Position numbers and translations under genes: made by a program
The notes under the pieces: model-generated
Told to the model about the DNA's origin: nothing
The model's input: only the letters and a program-made list of their open reading frames with translations
Databases searched by the model: none
Shown: positions 1-11,300 of the stretch, piece by piece
How the letters are laid out: every line of letters starts with the position of its first letter
Numbering within the stretch: position 1 is the stretch's first letter
Source of the DNA: Phoronis australis
Lineage: Eukaryota > Animalia > Phoronida
Direction of reading: 5' to 3'
NCBI GenBank assembly: GCA_002633005.1
Contig: NMRA01000287.1
Span: forward strand, 147,333-192,956
DNA: 45,624 nucleotides

Positions 1-131
1 CTGTTTTGGCTGACAAGGTGTTAACAGAGAATGAAGAGAAACTGAAAAGAAAAAGAAGGACAGCAGAGATAAGTGATGTTAAGAACAACAAGAGCAAAAA
101 GTCAAATAAAGAGGTCACAAATACAAAATAA
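1..131 (+). CDS. Probable 3' end of an upstream gene (Lys-rich C-terminus with NLS-like KRKRR), partial
   Basis: Frame from base 3 reads VLADKVLTENEEKLKRKRRTAEISDVKNNKSKKSNKEVTNTK to TAA at 129-131; AATAAA follows at 147-152. Product cannot be identified from 42 aa. Confidence 0.5.
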   Translation, partial: VLADKVLTENEEKLKRKRRTAEISDVKNNKSKKSNKEVTNTK

Positions 132-349
132 GTAAGGTCTGCCTGGAATAAAACAATTGTGATTTATTTTCCAGAACTGAAATTCTAAATCAATTTTAAT
201 CGATTTAAAAATCGATATCATACCAGTAAAACAGTTTGTGGTTGAAGTAGAGTTGCTGTAAACCACTTTCCACTATTTTCTTGGCCTTTTTCTGTGTGGT
301 TTTCTGTTCTTTCAAAAGGCGGCAGCACATGACGACCATAGGTGTCATT

Positions 350-496
350 ATAAAATGGCTGCCGAAAACCAATGCACAGTTGAACAACTCGGCTTAAGTA
401 AAAGAAAACGTTTGAATCAACGAATACTATATATTTGGGAGAGTTAAATCAAGTCCTATTCGGATCATAACTTTGAAGTGGAATAATTGGGTGAGT
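350..496 (+). promoter_or_regulatory. Candidate promoter / non-coding first exon of the esterase-like gene
   Basis: YY1-like AAAATGGCTGCCG at ~352-364, strong donor GG|GTGAGT at 490/491, locally CpG-rich. The first coding exon (8202) starts with an acceptor, so an upstream exon is expected. Location is speculative. Confidence 0.25.
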
Positions 497-1672
497 AAGA
501 CAACAAGCCGGTTTTATGCTTAGGCGGACGACTATAGGGTTTCGGAGTGTATAGCCAGCCAGCTAGCTGTATGAAGACTGTCGTCAAAATACAGCTAGGT
601 CGGTCCCACTGTGTGTAGGCCTATTTCTTCTGTAGACCCCGAAATTGCACACAGCCTGGGTAGTTCTGCTCGTCACCGCGTGGTGAAACTTGTATCAACA
701 TGTAAAGCTAAAAACCGGATGGTGTGCATGCAAAATTTGGGAGTCAACCGACACTCACCTTGCCCGTTAGAGCCGTTTAAGTGAAAAACAATGCAATAAA
801 CTTCATTTTCTTGCGTAACTCTCTGCCTTTTCTAACAATGAAAAGTATTTCGTCGTTTTGAAAACAGTACGCTTGTGTCACGCGCTCGCGCTATCTCTCA
901 GGAGACAATGATAGCTTGGAAGCAACAAAATTAGAACTTCTGAAATTTGATTTTTCGGTACCAAAATCCTATAAACTTATAATGAAGTGAAACCAGTTCT
1001 GATAATTTGTTGTGACGTGTACGCAAGCTCGTGAAAGAACAACAGTTGATAGAAGAATCGGCGAAAAAAGAAACTGGCCAATAGGTGACGCAATATTTCA
1101 CGGCTCCACAACTTTAGCAGCAGAATAACATTAGAACGCCATTTTTGCCAACACCGTTGAATAATTTAGTTTACTCAAGGAAGACTAGTTTTTAATGACA
1201 CCAATTTTGTGTCAGATTTTATCTTGCCACTTTTTTACCCACATCAGCTTAAAGCTGTATATTTATATACAGCTTTGTACCAAGGCTATGACTACTATAG
1301 TCGATGTCGCGTGCTAATCTACACTGTGCGCTGGAAGATTTTACTCTAATTGTGCTAGCTATTTTTCAACACTGGTTGAACTATCTACAACAGTATCGTA
1401 TCAACGTCGGGTTAACTTTTTGAATGATCGCGACACATTGGCTTTATATTATAAGTTTGGAGTCTTAGAGATAGTTGTAGTCTTTCTAATTGTTCCTGCT
1501 TAAGTTAAATATATACTCTGGCAATCTACTGCTTTCCCCTGAACAGTTCTTCATTCCATCAACAAGATTGAATTCTGAATGCCATTACAGTAAACGTGCC
1601 TTTGGCCTTGGGTTAAACGGGGAAATGTACATAACAGAGGGTTATGCCTCGCTCAGAGGTTACAGCTAACAC

Positions 1673-2592
1673 CAGTGGCGGAACTAGGATATCACAAGGG
1701 GGGCCCAACATTTGGTCTGTAAACATTTGCTCAAAACATGATTGTAGATGCGCATAGCACCGAATGGGGGGAGGTCGGGAGGGTGGTTTGTCCCGAAGTG
1801 TTATCCAAGAAAAAAAAGCAAAAAAAGAACGGAGAAAGTATCAAACAGGAAAAACTGCAAGCAACCACAGACTCGAACTCACGAACTGGCGGATAGAGCG
1901 CATGTGCTTTACCATTGCATCACCACGATTTAACTCCTAATTTGATACTAAGAGACCTACTTGTTTATAGTCCACAGCATTTGCGCGCAAAACCTCCTTT
2001 TTGTAATGCTTATTCACATGTTTTATATTTTGTGCGATCAGTTAATAACAAATTTGTTGTATTTAAAATAGTCTTCAATTGCCCAAAAGACCAAATCCGT
2101 TTTTTGTGTTGGCAATAATGACGCGATTGCTTTGGAAATCGTCTTAAGGTTTGACAAAGAGAGAATTATGAGTTTCTGAATGATTCACTAAGGCTTCGAT
2201 TAAAATTGACGTCTTACCAGCAGCTTCTGTTTTTCATCAGCACTCCATTTTCTTTAAAAAATGAAGTAATTTTCTTCATTGTGCAGTAGAGCAGACAATG
2301 TAAATGGAGTCGTAGTGCACAGCGCCACTGCCGGTCGCCTGAGATATCGCGGGAGTGCCTATACTTAGCCATAGTTCTGTTACGATTGCGCCGTGTTCCG
2401 AATTTGACACTTGAAATGGGATCTGAGCCCCCCAACACTAAAACTGCTCACATTTAAATCTTGTTTCACCTGTGTAATTTTAATTACCGGGGTTAATTAA
2501 TAAACTCAACATTTCCCTACGCTCTTGCTGTTTTGTTTTTTGTGGCAGCCAGGGGGGGCGGGCCCCCTGGGCCCCCCCTAAATCCGCCTATG
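1673..2592. mobile_element. Non-autonomous DNA transposon (MITE-like) with imperfect TIRs and 5-bp TSD
   Basis: Left end CAGTGGCGGAACTAGG; right end reverse-complements to CATAGGCGGATTTAGG; flanking direct repeat AACAC (1668-1672, 2593-2597); G/C-run subterminal blocks; no transposase ORF. Confidence 0.6.
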
Positions 2593-5183
2593 AACACACA
2601 GGTGATCCCCCATAACCGTCAATGTGAAGCATAATTTGTCAAAAAGCTTCCATCATATTACGGCCCTATGGGATGACTTCTGTCTGTCTAGCTGTGCTGA
2701 TCCAGTTCAGATGGTGGTACTGTCTAACAGGGACAATGAGTCTAAACTGCATGTAATCCAAGGCTGGCATAAAACCATTCTGGCCACGAAGGTCACTTCC
2801 AGAGTGATACAGGCATGATTAATTCAAACCTGGGAAATTTAATTGAAAATTAAAGATCTAGACAGGATAACCAGATCACTGTTAAGCTAACAAAAAATCA
2901 CACTAGAAGTGTTCTCCTTTCTTTTTAGGTTGAGAGCATCTTGTTCACTGTCAGTCAGTGCAGATGTTGCAGTTTTGGATCGTTATGGCACCACCTTGTG
3001 TCACTCAACACTAGAAAAAGTAGTGCCACTGTTGTAGGGTGGGGAAGGACTGTGCTTAAGCAGTCCTAATCAATCTTAAATAAGGCATGTGGGCTCTTTA
3101 AAGTTGAAGGTGAGAATTGGTATTTAGTTTAAAGTGACCATGACACTGAGCAGGTATTATTGACAACAACTTGCAAACAGCAATCGAGAAAAAGTCTCCA
3201 AAAGTTTTGGAGACACTCTCAATTTCCTTGTGATAGGAGTTCTACTCATTTTGTTGTTATGGCTTGAGCATTGAACATTGTACAAGGATTTTGCTTTCCA
3301 TTTCTCATTATAACAAGCTGTGTTGGCCTTGACCTTATGGAAATCGCCAATTATTTTTTGTCATTACTTAGAATGGAAACCACACACTTTTGATACTTTT
3401 GATTTTTTTTGACCAACAAGTTTATTTTAATTGACAAAATGAACTTGGACAAAAATTAACGGTTCTACACCTACCACTAGTAAATAATTACTGTGAAGAT
3501 GTCACGTGACCCATACCCAGAATGGCCAAAAGGAGCTGCAAACGGCTGAAATGTTACTGACCTTGTCGTTGCTTTGGGTTCCTTGTGTAAATGCCAGAAA
3601 CTCATTTTTTGGTGAACTTACCAATCTAATAAAAGCATGACCAGTTATTTCGTCCATTTCTTTTCAAATTCCATCCTGTTAACGTAGGGTTTCCCATCTT
3701 TTGTCTGTTTGTTTTCAAATTCCATCCTGTTAACCAAGAGTTTTCCATCTTTCCGTCTGTGATTATGTTATGTTCATAGTAGAATTCAAGCTGAGGTAAT
3801 TGATATTTGATTGGCAATTGTGTTCCAGGCAATTCCACACTATTCGCCAATTCTGCTGAAATAAAACCTATTGAGTAATCATGTATCCATTCAATTTGTG
3901 GTCTAGTCGACTACAGTTTTTCTTTTTAAGTGGTAAAATTTATTGGAACTGAATTCTGCAGTATCTGTGTAATAGAGGGAACAGTGCCTAATTTTGGAGA
4001 CACTGATAAAATATTTCATTGATTATTGTTAAGAGAATGCCATGAGCATGCAGTACTGGAAATTTCTTGTATTTTATTCAAAGATCATGTTTTTTGATGT
4101 TTAACATTCATTAAATTAGTTAAATTCAATTTTAACCACCTTGTTCCCTGAATTTGGTTCCACTCAAAAAGTTTAAACTAATAGATCCGCGGCGGTGTGA
4201 CTGGACTGTGGTGCAATCCATGCATTCTATTTTTCTAAATTTTATTGAAGAGCCTAAATATGGGCATTTTTTCACCAAAGCTTCCGTCTTCGCACATGGT
4301 GACCTGTTCATGAAATTGTAGAATTGTAATGTACAATTTTGGGCATGTTACATATCTACAGGGAGACATTTTGGAAAAGTTTAATCCACAGGCAGACATT
4401 TTGGGCAAATTATCCACAGAGAGAAATGTCTGACCTTCCTTGGTAGGATTGTCTTCACAGATCATGTGACAAAGTTTGAAATTAATGGTCTTGTGAACAT
4501 GGTCTGAATCTGTCAATCAGCTGAGTCACTGCTTTGCAGAACACACTAAAATTATGTTGTATGTATTTGGTTCACTTAAGATGTATTTCTAGGTCATGGC
4601 CCTCAGCTTATTGGTATGTTTGCTACAGCAGTTTTTTTAGTGTACCCTGCTTTTAGAAAATATATTGTCTGTATGTCTAGACATTAAACACCTGTTCAAT
4701 ATGTGCTTTTATGACTGGGATGTATATAACCAAGCTTCATTTAATATTCCCATGTGTTACCCTTGACCCTTGGAGGCTAATGCTGTTATTTGATAGGATG
4801 AATAAGCCATGTCATAACTTGTTACATAAGCTATTTTTACACAGGGGACAGTTGTCCCAGTGTAGTTCCAGTTCAATCCCATGCATTTACACTACATAAT
4901 ATCGCACTGGATCGGCACGAGTCATTTACAGAAAGACTGTCTGTGCATGCTCGCATAAACAACAACAAACGCCCAAACCATGTGGAATGCCTGCGAATCA
5001 CCTATGTTACTGCGCAAGCGCAAGCCCATTGAAAGATGATCCATTTTTGCCCTTCTCTCTTGTGTTTAGACATGTATAGTTGACATTGGAGCAACTGATT
5101 GACTTCAAACTCACTCTACCTCTCAAACTGGTGTCAAAAATTGCCGCCTCAGCGTCAACTTGCTCGTCAACTTGCTCGTATTA

Positions 5184-5279
5184 AGTTGTGTTTACACACA
5201 GTGACTTCCAGGATCAGCTGTTCCTCCTTAGTTGCTCTGAGACCTCTGTGACCTCTGTCTCCAGTGTGTAAATGCAGCT
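5184..5279. mobile_element. Short PIF/Harbinger-like MITE remnant
   Basis: AGTTGTGTTTACACAC versus reverse complement AGCTGCATTTACACAC (13/16); TTA/ATA flanks. Confidence 0.4.
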
Positions 5280-5649
5280 ATAGTGTCCTTAATAAGGACA
5301 CTATAGCTTATATAGTTTATAAGTTATAAACTTTAGCTAGGGCCTTGAATGTTTTCAACAGCTTTTGTCCACAGCAGATACATTTCCCAGAGTTCAAATT
5401 GCTTTGCCATATGAGGCCAGGGTTCTCACTCAATGTAGAGCCTGGAAAATGTCCAAAGTTGTTCCCATTGTATGGAAATCTCACGCAATATTTCCTGAAA
5501 AAGATTCTAACTTTTGAAGTCATGTCATATGATCATGGTTCAACTGCTGTGTATCCTTGGCAACACTATTTAATAAGGTGAATTCCATTCTTAGGGTTAC
5601 TTCTGTTTTGTGGAAAAATGTGTTTCCCAGCTGTGTTTGTAACCATATA

Positions 5650-5757
5650 TCAATAAAGCATAAAAATATTTCCAGGTGATCAGTGTAATGGGCCCACATG
5701 CGAGGCCTGTGCACGTCTGATACAACGTGTATCAAACTGCCTGCAATTATTTTATAT
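5650..5757 (+). mobile_element. 5'-truncated or degraded SINE copy (3' tail of the 18611-18850 family)
   Basis: Aligns with 18740-18845: aataaa.cataaaaat...caggtgat..gtg.aatg.gcccacatg....gcctgtgcacgtctg.tacaac.tgta.ca.actgcctgcaattatttt. Confidence 0.75.
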
Positions 5758-5769
5758 ATTATGTATTAT

Positions 5770-6740
5770 GTGTTTTTATGAAATTTTACAAATAGGTTTC
5801 TTTATGAATGTGATGATGACTCTTTCTCATTTTGAGTTGTTTGACGTAATGTTCGCCATCTAGTGAACACTTTTATTATCATATTTTTGAGTCTGGTTTT
5901 AGTGGCTGCCTCTATTGAATTAATGGACATTGTTATGGTACATGTGTTCCCATTATGGAGAGCGTTGTTGACAACGGTTTTTGGATGGTTTCGACTTATG
6001 TGGGACAACCCCTAGTGGCAGCTGGTTCTCTTAAACTCCTGCCGGTTCTTTTGTGAAATTTGGCGAGTGTATTACTATGAATGTCTCGACAGATGATGAC
6101 GACTTATCTGCCTACCATAGTGCCTCCTTGTGGCAATTTTGAAATTTTATTTTTCCCAATGTGTCCTGGAATTCCTTGACAGATTTTTTATGAAATTTAC
6201 CAAATAGGTCTAATAAACTTATTATAGACGAATTTCATGAAAATCTGTAGAAACATTTCTATTAAATAGGTCATAACTTCATCCCATTTCTGAATGGATT
6301 GGTCCAGATTCCATGTCACGTAGTAACCATTTTTATTACAACAAGTCTGCTTTTTGGCATTCGCCTAGACTCTATTGGCCAAACAACTGTAAGGATCATT
6401 TGATGAAAATTGACAATTGGTTTTCTGCACATCTGGACTAAACCAGGTAGCCATTGTTTGTCATGGACAAACACAAAGCCCGTATGTTCCTGGTTACGTA
6501 AACCTGATGGGAACATCTGCAAACCTGATGATGTGACTTGTTAAAACTGGTCATGGAGAACAGTGAAAGTGTGTGTTTTGATTGCTGATGAGGATTTTCA
6601 GACAGGTCCAACTGTTGTGTCACCCTCTAGTGGCAATTTGTATTTTTTGCTTATAGCTCAGTCAAGTGACTTGATGGATCTTCATGAAATACGTATGTTT
6701 TTTATTTTTGTGGACAATGCAAATGGATTTTGGGGTCAAA
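5770..6740 (+). mobile_element. Diverged relic of the repeat family found at 28632-30593, opposite orientation
   Basis: Contains reverse-complement family motifs: gatgatgacgactt, ctagtggcaattt, ttttatgaaattt..caaatagg, cgccatctagtg. Confidence 0.6.
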
Positions 6741-6831
6741 TCTGTGGGTAACATTATGGCAATAATATTTTTCGTCTTTGTGCTTGTCTTGATATCTGTA
6801 TCATGTTCATAGCTTTTAATAAATAAGTTAC

Positions 6832-6933
6832 TATCATGGCAGATAGCACAAGCTCCATCATATGACAGACAGCACAAGCTCCATCATATGACAGACAGCA
6901 CAAACTCCATCATGTGACAGACAGCACAAGCTC
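6832..6933. repeat. Minisatellite, 26-bp unit x ~4
   Basis: Unit atgacagacagcacaagctccatcat. Confidence 0.9.
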
Positions 6934-8216
6934 TGTTTCAGACAGAGTTGATGTTTTCATTGTTTTTATGTCCTTTGTCGCCTCCCTGTCCTCCAAAATT
7001 TGTGAAGAATCTTGGTGCAAAGTGGCACCTATGTACCTAATGAGGAAAGCATTGTTGACTAATGTCTTGCACCCCTCCAGGCTACTTAATTTGAGCTACT
7101 AGCATTGCTCCTGTTAGTGGGAATGTTTCAAATATTAATCCTCTCCTGTACCTGAGTTATATGCAATACATGAAGTGGCTATCAATACCCTGCATTGATC
7201 TTTGTTAAATGTTTGGGGTCACCATACAGTTTAATTACTATTCTTTGTGCTGTGTGCAAAAATTCTTATGTCGGAACATTTCTATGAATGATAATAATTG
7301 CATACATTGCTTCTTTGTCTGGTTGGTGCAGAATTTGAAATTTGGACAAGTTGAAATTCTTCTCATGCACCACGGAATCGTTGGTCAGAAGTTTCTTCTC
7401 GGAAAAGTTTAACCTCAATGTTGTGTTAAATGACTCACATTTACAATTAAAACTTCACCAACAAATCAAAAACTTCCTATTGTATCCTCCCACACTGACT
7501 CACACAATAGCAAAAAATTTATAGTTACCTGTATGGGATATAGTATCTTTGACAATAGGGAAATGTTTATCAACTTCACCTAATTGGAGCCATATATTAC
7601 ATTAATTAATGCCCTCTAGGTTGTCTCCACATTGAATACCATAAATCTTTTGCCTGTTATGAACTACTGTGACTTGGTGTGGAAGAGTTCCTCCTTGTGA
7701 GCCAGCTCTGTCTATCATGTAACCTGTGGTCTGATAGTATTGCTGTCTTTGAGTATGCACACAACAGTGCTGTTTATACCTAAAAGAGCCCACTGTTGGG
7801 GGGGGGAGAGTCACTTCTCTGGGGGTTCACTTCTAAAATCTGTGGTGGGTGCTCATCCCTAAGAAGATGTTACTTGACCCTGGTGATATCCCTCTGGTAG
7901 ACCTACTAATGGTTAATTTCTAAAGGTGATGTTAACTAAATAAAAAATAACACTACGGAACAAGGTGGTGGATGGAAGTTAGCAGCAATCTTGGTCTACA
8001 TCACTGGCATGTGTTTTTTCTGCACAAGATTCTTCTGTACGTTACTAACTGAACACAAATATAATAGTTCGTGCATGTCTCTCCAACCTTATTAGCAGAC
8101 ATTCAGAGTACTTCGGTAGTTGTCAACCTCTTGAGTTGTGAAGCATCAGAGAAGTGACATGTACTCACTTACACTCATTCTGTTAATGCTTGTGTCTGCA
8201 GGTAAACAAGTCAGTC

Positions 8217-8369
8217 ATGTCAGAAGATATGCCAGTTACAACTGCCCCACTAGATGGGGCTGGCGAAGGTGATCAAGTGGAACTGAAGACCATTGATGAA
8301 AGCAGCCCTTTAAACCCCGAGTCACGTGAAGCAGACGTGACTGGAGAAGATCTTGAGAAAATTAAAGTG
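8217..8369 (+). CDS. Esterase-like gene coding exon 1 (acidic cytoplasmic tail)
   Basis: Acceptor ctgcag|8202, ATG at 8217, MSEDMPVTT...EKIKV, donor GTG|gtgagc. Confidence 0.8.
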
Positions 8370-11300
8370 GTGAGCACTTCTTGTATATTATGAAAATTTC
8401 ACAGTCTGCGTTTTTTGCATGATGGAGGAACTGTTTAATTAGTAAGGGTGTTCGTAATTTTCAGTTTTTAATGAACATAGAAACTTGATATTTTATGTGA
8501 GACAATCTTGCTTTAGTGTTATGAACTGAAATTAAAAAAAAATATTCAAACAAACAATATGTATTGTTTGGGAGAAGAGTATTTCCAGATGATATCTAGA
8601 GAAATGATTAACAAATTTCAATTAAACTTGACTTGGAAATGTTTGATGACAATGCACTGGCATTATTTGACATTCTGGCATATTCCACTATTGCGGCATC
8701 ACATAGGGTATGTGATGCACTGTTGGCACATGTCACTGCACCAACGGTGCATCACTTAGGGTATGTGATGCACTGTTGGCACGTGTCACTGCACCAACGG
8801 TGCATCACTTAGGGTATGTGGTGCACTTTTGGCACATGTCACTGTACCAACGGTGCTGTTTGTAATGGAGTGGTTATTTTGGATTTGGACAAGGCTTATT
8901 AGGGCTGTGATAAAATAATCGAAAGAAACTCTGCCTAGTTACAACTTTAACCAAGTGACTGTGTTCAAGGTACACAGTACGCTACTAACCAAGTGACTGT
9001 GTTCAAGGTACACTGTACACTACGAACCAAGTGACTGTGTTCAAGGTACACTGTACACTACTAACCAAGTGACTGTGTTCAAGGTACACAGTACACTACT
9101 AACCAGGTGACTGTGTTCAAGGTACACAGTATGCTACTAACCTAGTGGCTGTGTTCAAGGTACACAGTACACTACTTATAAAACATTTCCACCGTTAATT
9201 GTATCCAAATAATGCTCAGCTGCCCATTGGGAAATGATACAACCATTGTTTTTATTATCCCATTACATTCACTTTGTGTTTTTGCACAATAGATGTCATT
9301 TTATAATGTCTGAAACTCCAACTGTTGCCTGTCTAGCCAAACAAATTCCGCTAAGAAGGTACAGACTCTATTGCCAGAGGTGAACGAGGACCCTGTGATG
9401 TTTATGGTTAATATCTACTTTAAGTCTTTGTCCTTAAAGCTAAGGCAAATACCATGTACATTCCTGGGACTGAGATCAGCCAATATTATGAAGTCTGACA
9501 AGTATACTTGTGATATATTATTGCTAGGGCAAATATGTTTGTTCAAATGATATAGGTGAATCCCCTTTGTTTGATTGACTTGAAATGAACAGACAGCCTG
9601 ACCTGGAAACCTAATTGTGGCAGGCATTCTGTTATTAGAAATCTATGCCATCAAAATCCACGTTTTGGTGAAAACCCTATTTGTCTGTTGATGATGTTTT
9701 TTTTTGAATAACTTGTCATTGTTGTGGATGTTATGGCTGGTCATTGTGCTTTGGATGATTGTTCAATGTGTTCATTTTATGTTAGCGGCCTAGTGAATGT
9801 TTTTTACTTTCTCTTCTTAACCATAGGTGGCACATTTTGAGAAATCATACTTCACACTTTAGATTTGGCTCCATTGTGTGGTGGAGTTGAGACAGATCAA
9901 CGAAGTGAATAATTCTGTTTTCCACTTGGCTCTTTCAAATGAACTGTTTATAACCAGTTTTCTTCCAAACACCCCAGCTGTAATGGGGGATTTAAGTAGG
10001 TAATCTAGGGGTTTAAACCCTCTTCGACAGGTGCGACCCAAATTGATGAGAAAATTCTCAAGTTCATTATTTTCAGATGCTCTTTCAGATCATTTTCTTG
10101 TAGTGATTTTTGTTTCTTGGCAACAAACAGCATTACAGAGAGATTTCAGGCGTGTGTGTTGGTCCACCACATAACTGTTTCATTTTGTTCTCACAGGATG
10201 ATGGTAAAGCACCAGTGGAAGCTGCAGAGACGACCCCTGATGCTGAAGTCAAGCAGCCTAAACGTAAATTTGATTTCTTTGAGAACAAGTGGATTCTCTT
10301 AGGTATCCTCATAGTCCTCCTGTTGGCCATAATCATAATTATTATTGCCATTGTTGTTACGAGGCAACCTCCCTCCAAAGTTACAGTGGAGGTGGGAAAC
10401 GTGACGGAGGCTACAGAGCCTGAGGGGCAACCCAGCGCCATTGCATTTTGTGGTGAAGTGATGGGGCGTCATCAGGATGGTGCTTATGTGTTCACAGTAG
10501 GTATCAACTGTACTCGTTAGTCACTACATTGTCACATTAGCTGGGATATTAGTTGTGTGCTTTGAGCAAGAATTTGTGCAAGACTTCTTTGACTGCTGAT
10601 GTAATGACCTCATGAAATCGTACCAGAAACTATTTAGTGAATTGTGTCCAAATAACAGTCAATCAACACAATGGTGTAGCTCCATGTACTCTCTACTAGG
10701 TAACTGATCCCTCAATCGTAACTTGTTAGTCTTTAGTAACTGTTCTCTAGCACTCTTTAAGCAAGTTTTGCAAAGTATACTTAACTTGCCTTGTCCATTA
10801 AACAGTGCACTCAGGCGATAAGTTAATTGGTGGAAAAGTCTGTGAAGCTATTTGAAGCTAAAGGCAGCAACTATAAATGTTTATAATTCTATTCAATTCA
10901 TTTCTATGGCCTTTGAACCACGTGGAAGGTTGCATTATGTCAACCTTACCTTGAACAGCTGATGATTGAGGTGTACTGTTTGTATTGATTACTCTGTCTA
11001 CTCCTCCAGATGTATCTGCTTCTTGTAGGGCATACCTTATGCAGAGCCACCTATTGGTGATCTCAGATGGAAACCCCCTGTGCCAGTGACCTCTTCTGAC
11101 GACTGCTGGAACGCACCTTTCAATGCAACCCAGGCATCCCCCTTTTGTTATCAGAAAGGTGGAAGGTCACCCCAGTCTGAGGACTGTCTCTATGTGGATG
11201 TCTTCACACCATCCGTCAGTGTACAGAGCCGATTACCTGTCATGGTCTATATACCTGCTGATGACGTCACCTTCCTAAAGGGTACTGATGCCATTTTTGC

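Noticed and set aside
8948-9176. Regular 38-bp repeats (and the other 26-53-bp arrays) as CRISPR arrays
   Set aside because: Units are contiguous with no unique spacers, there are no cas genes, and the context is a eukaryotic intron.
10133-10441. 102-aa minus-strand ORF
   Set aside because: Antisense shadow of exon 2 of the esterase-like gene.
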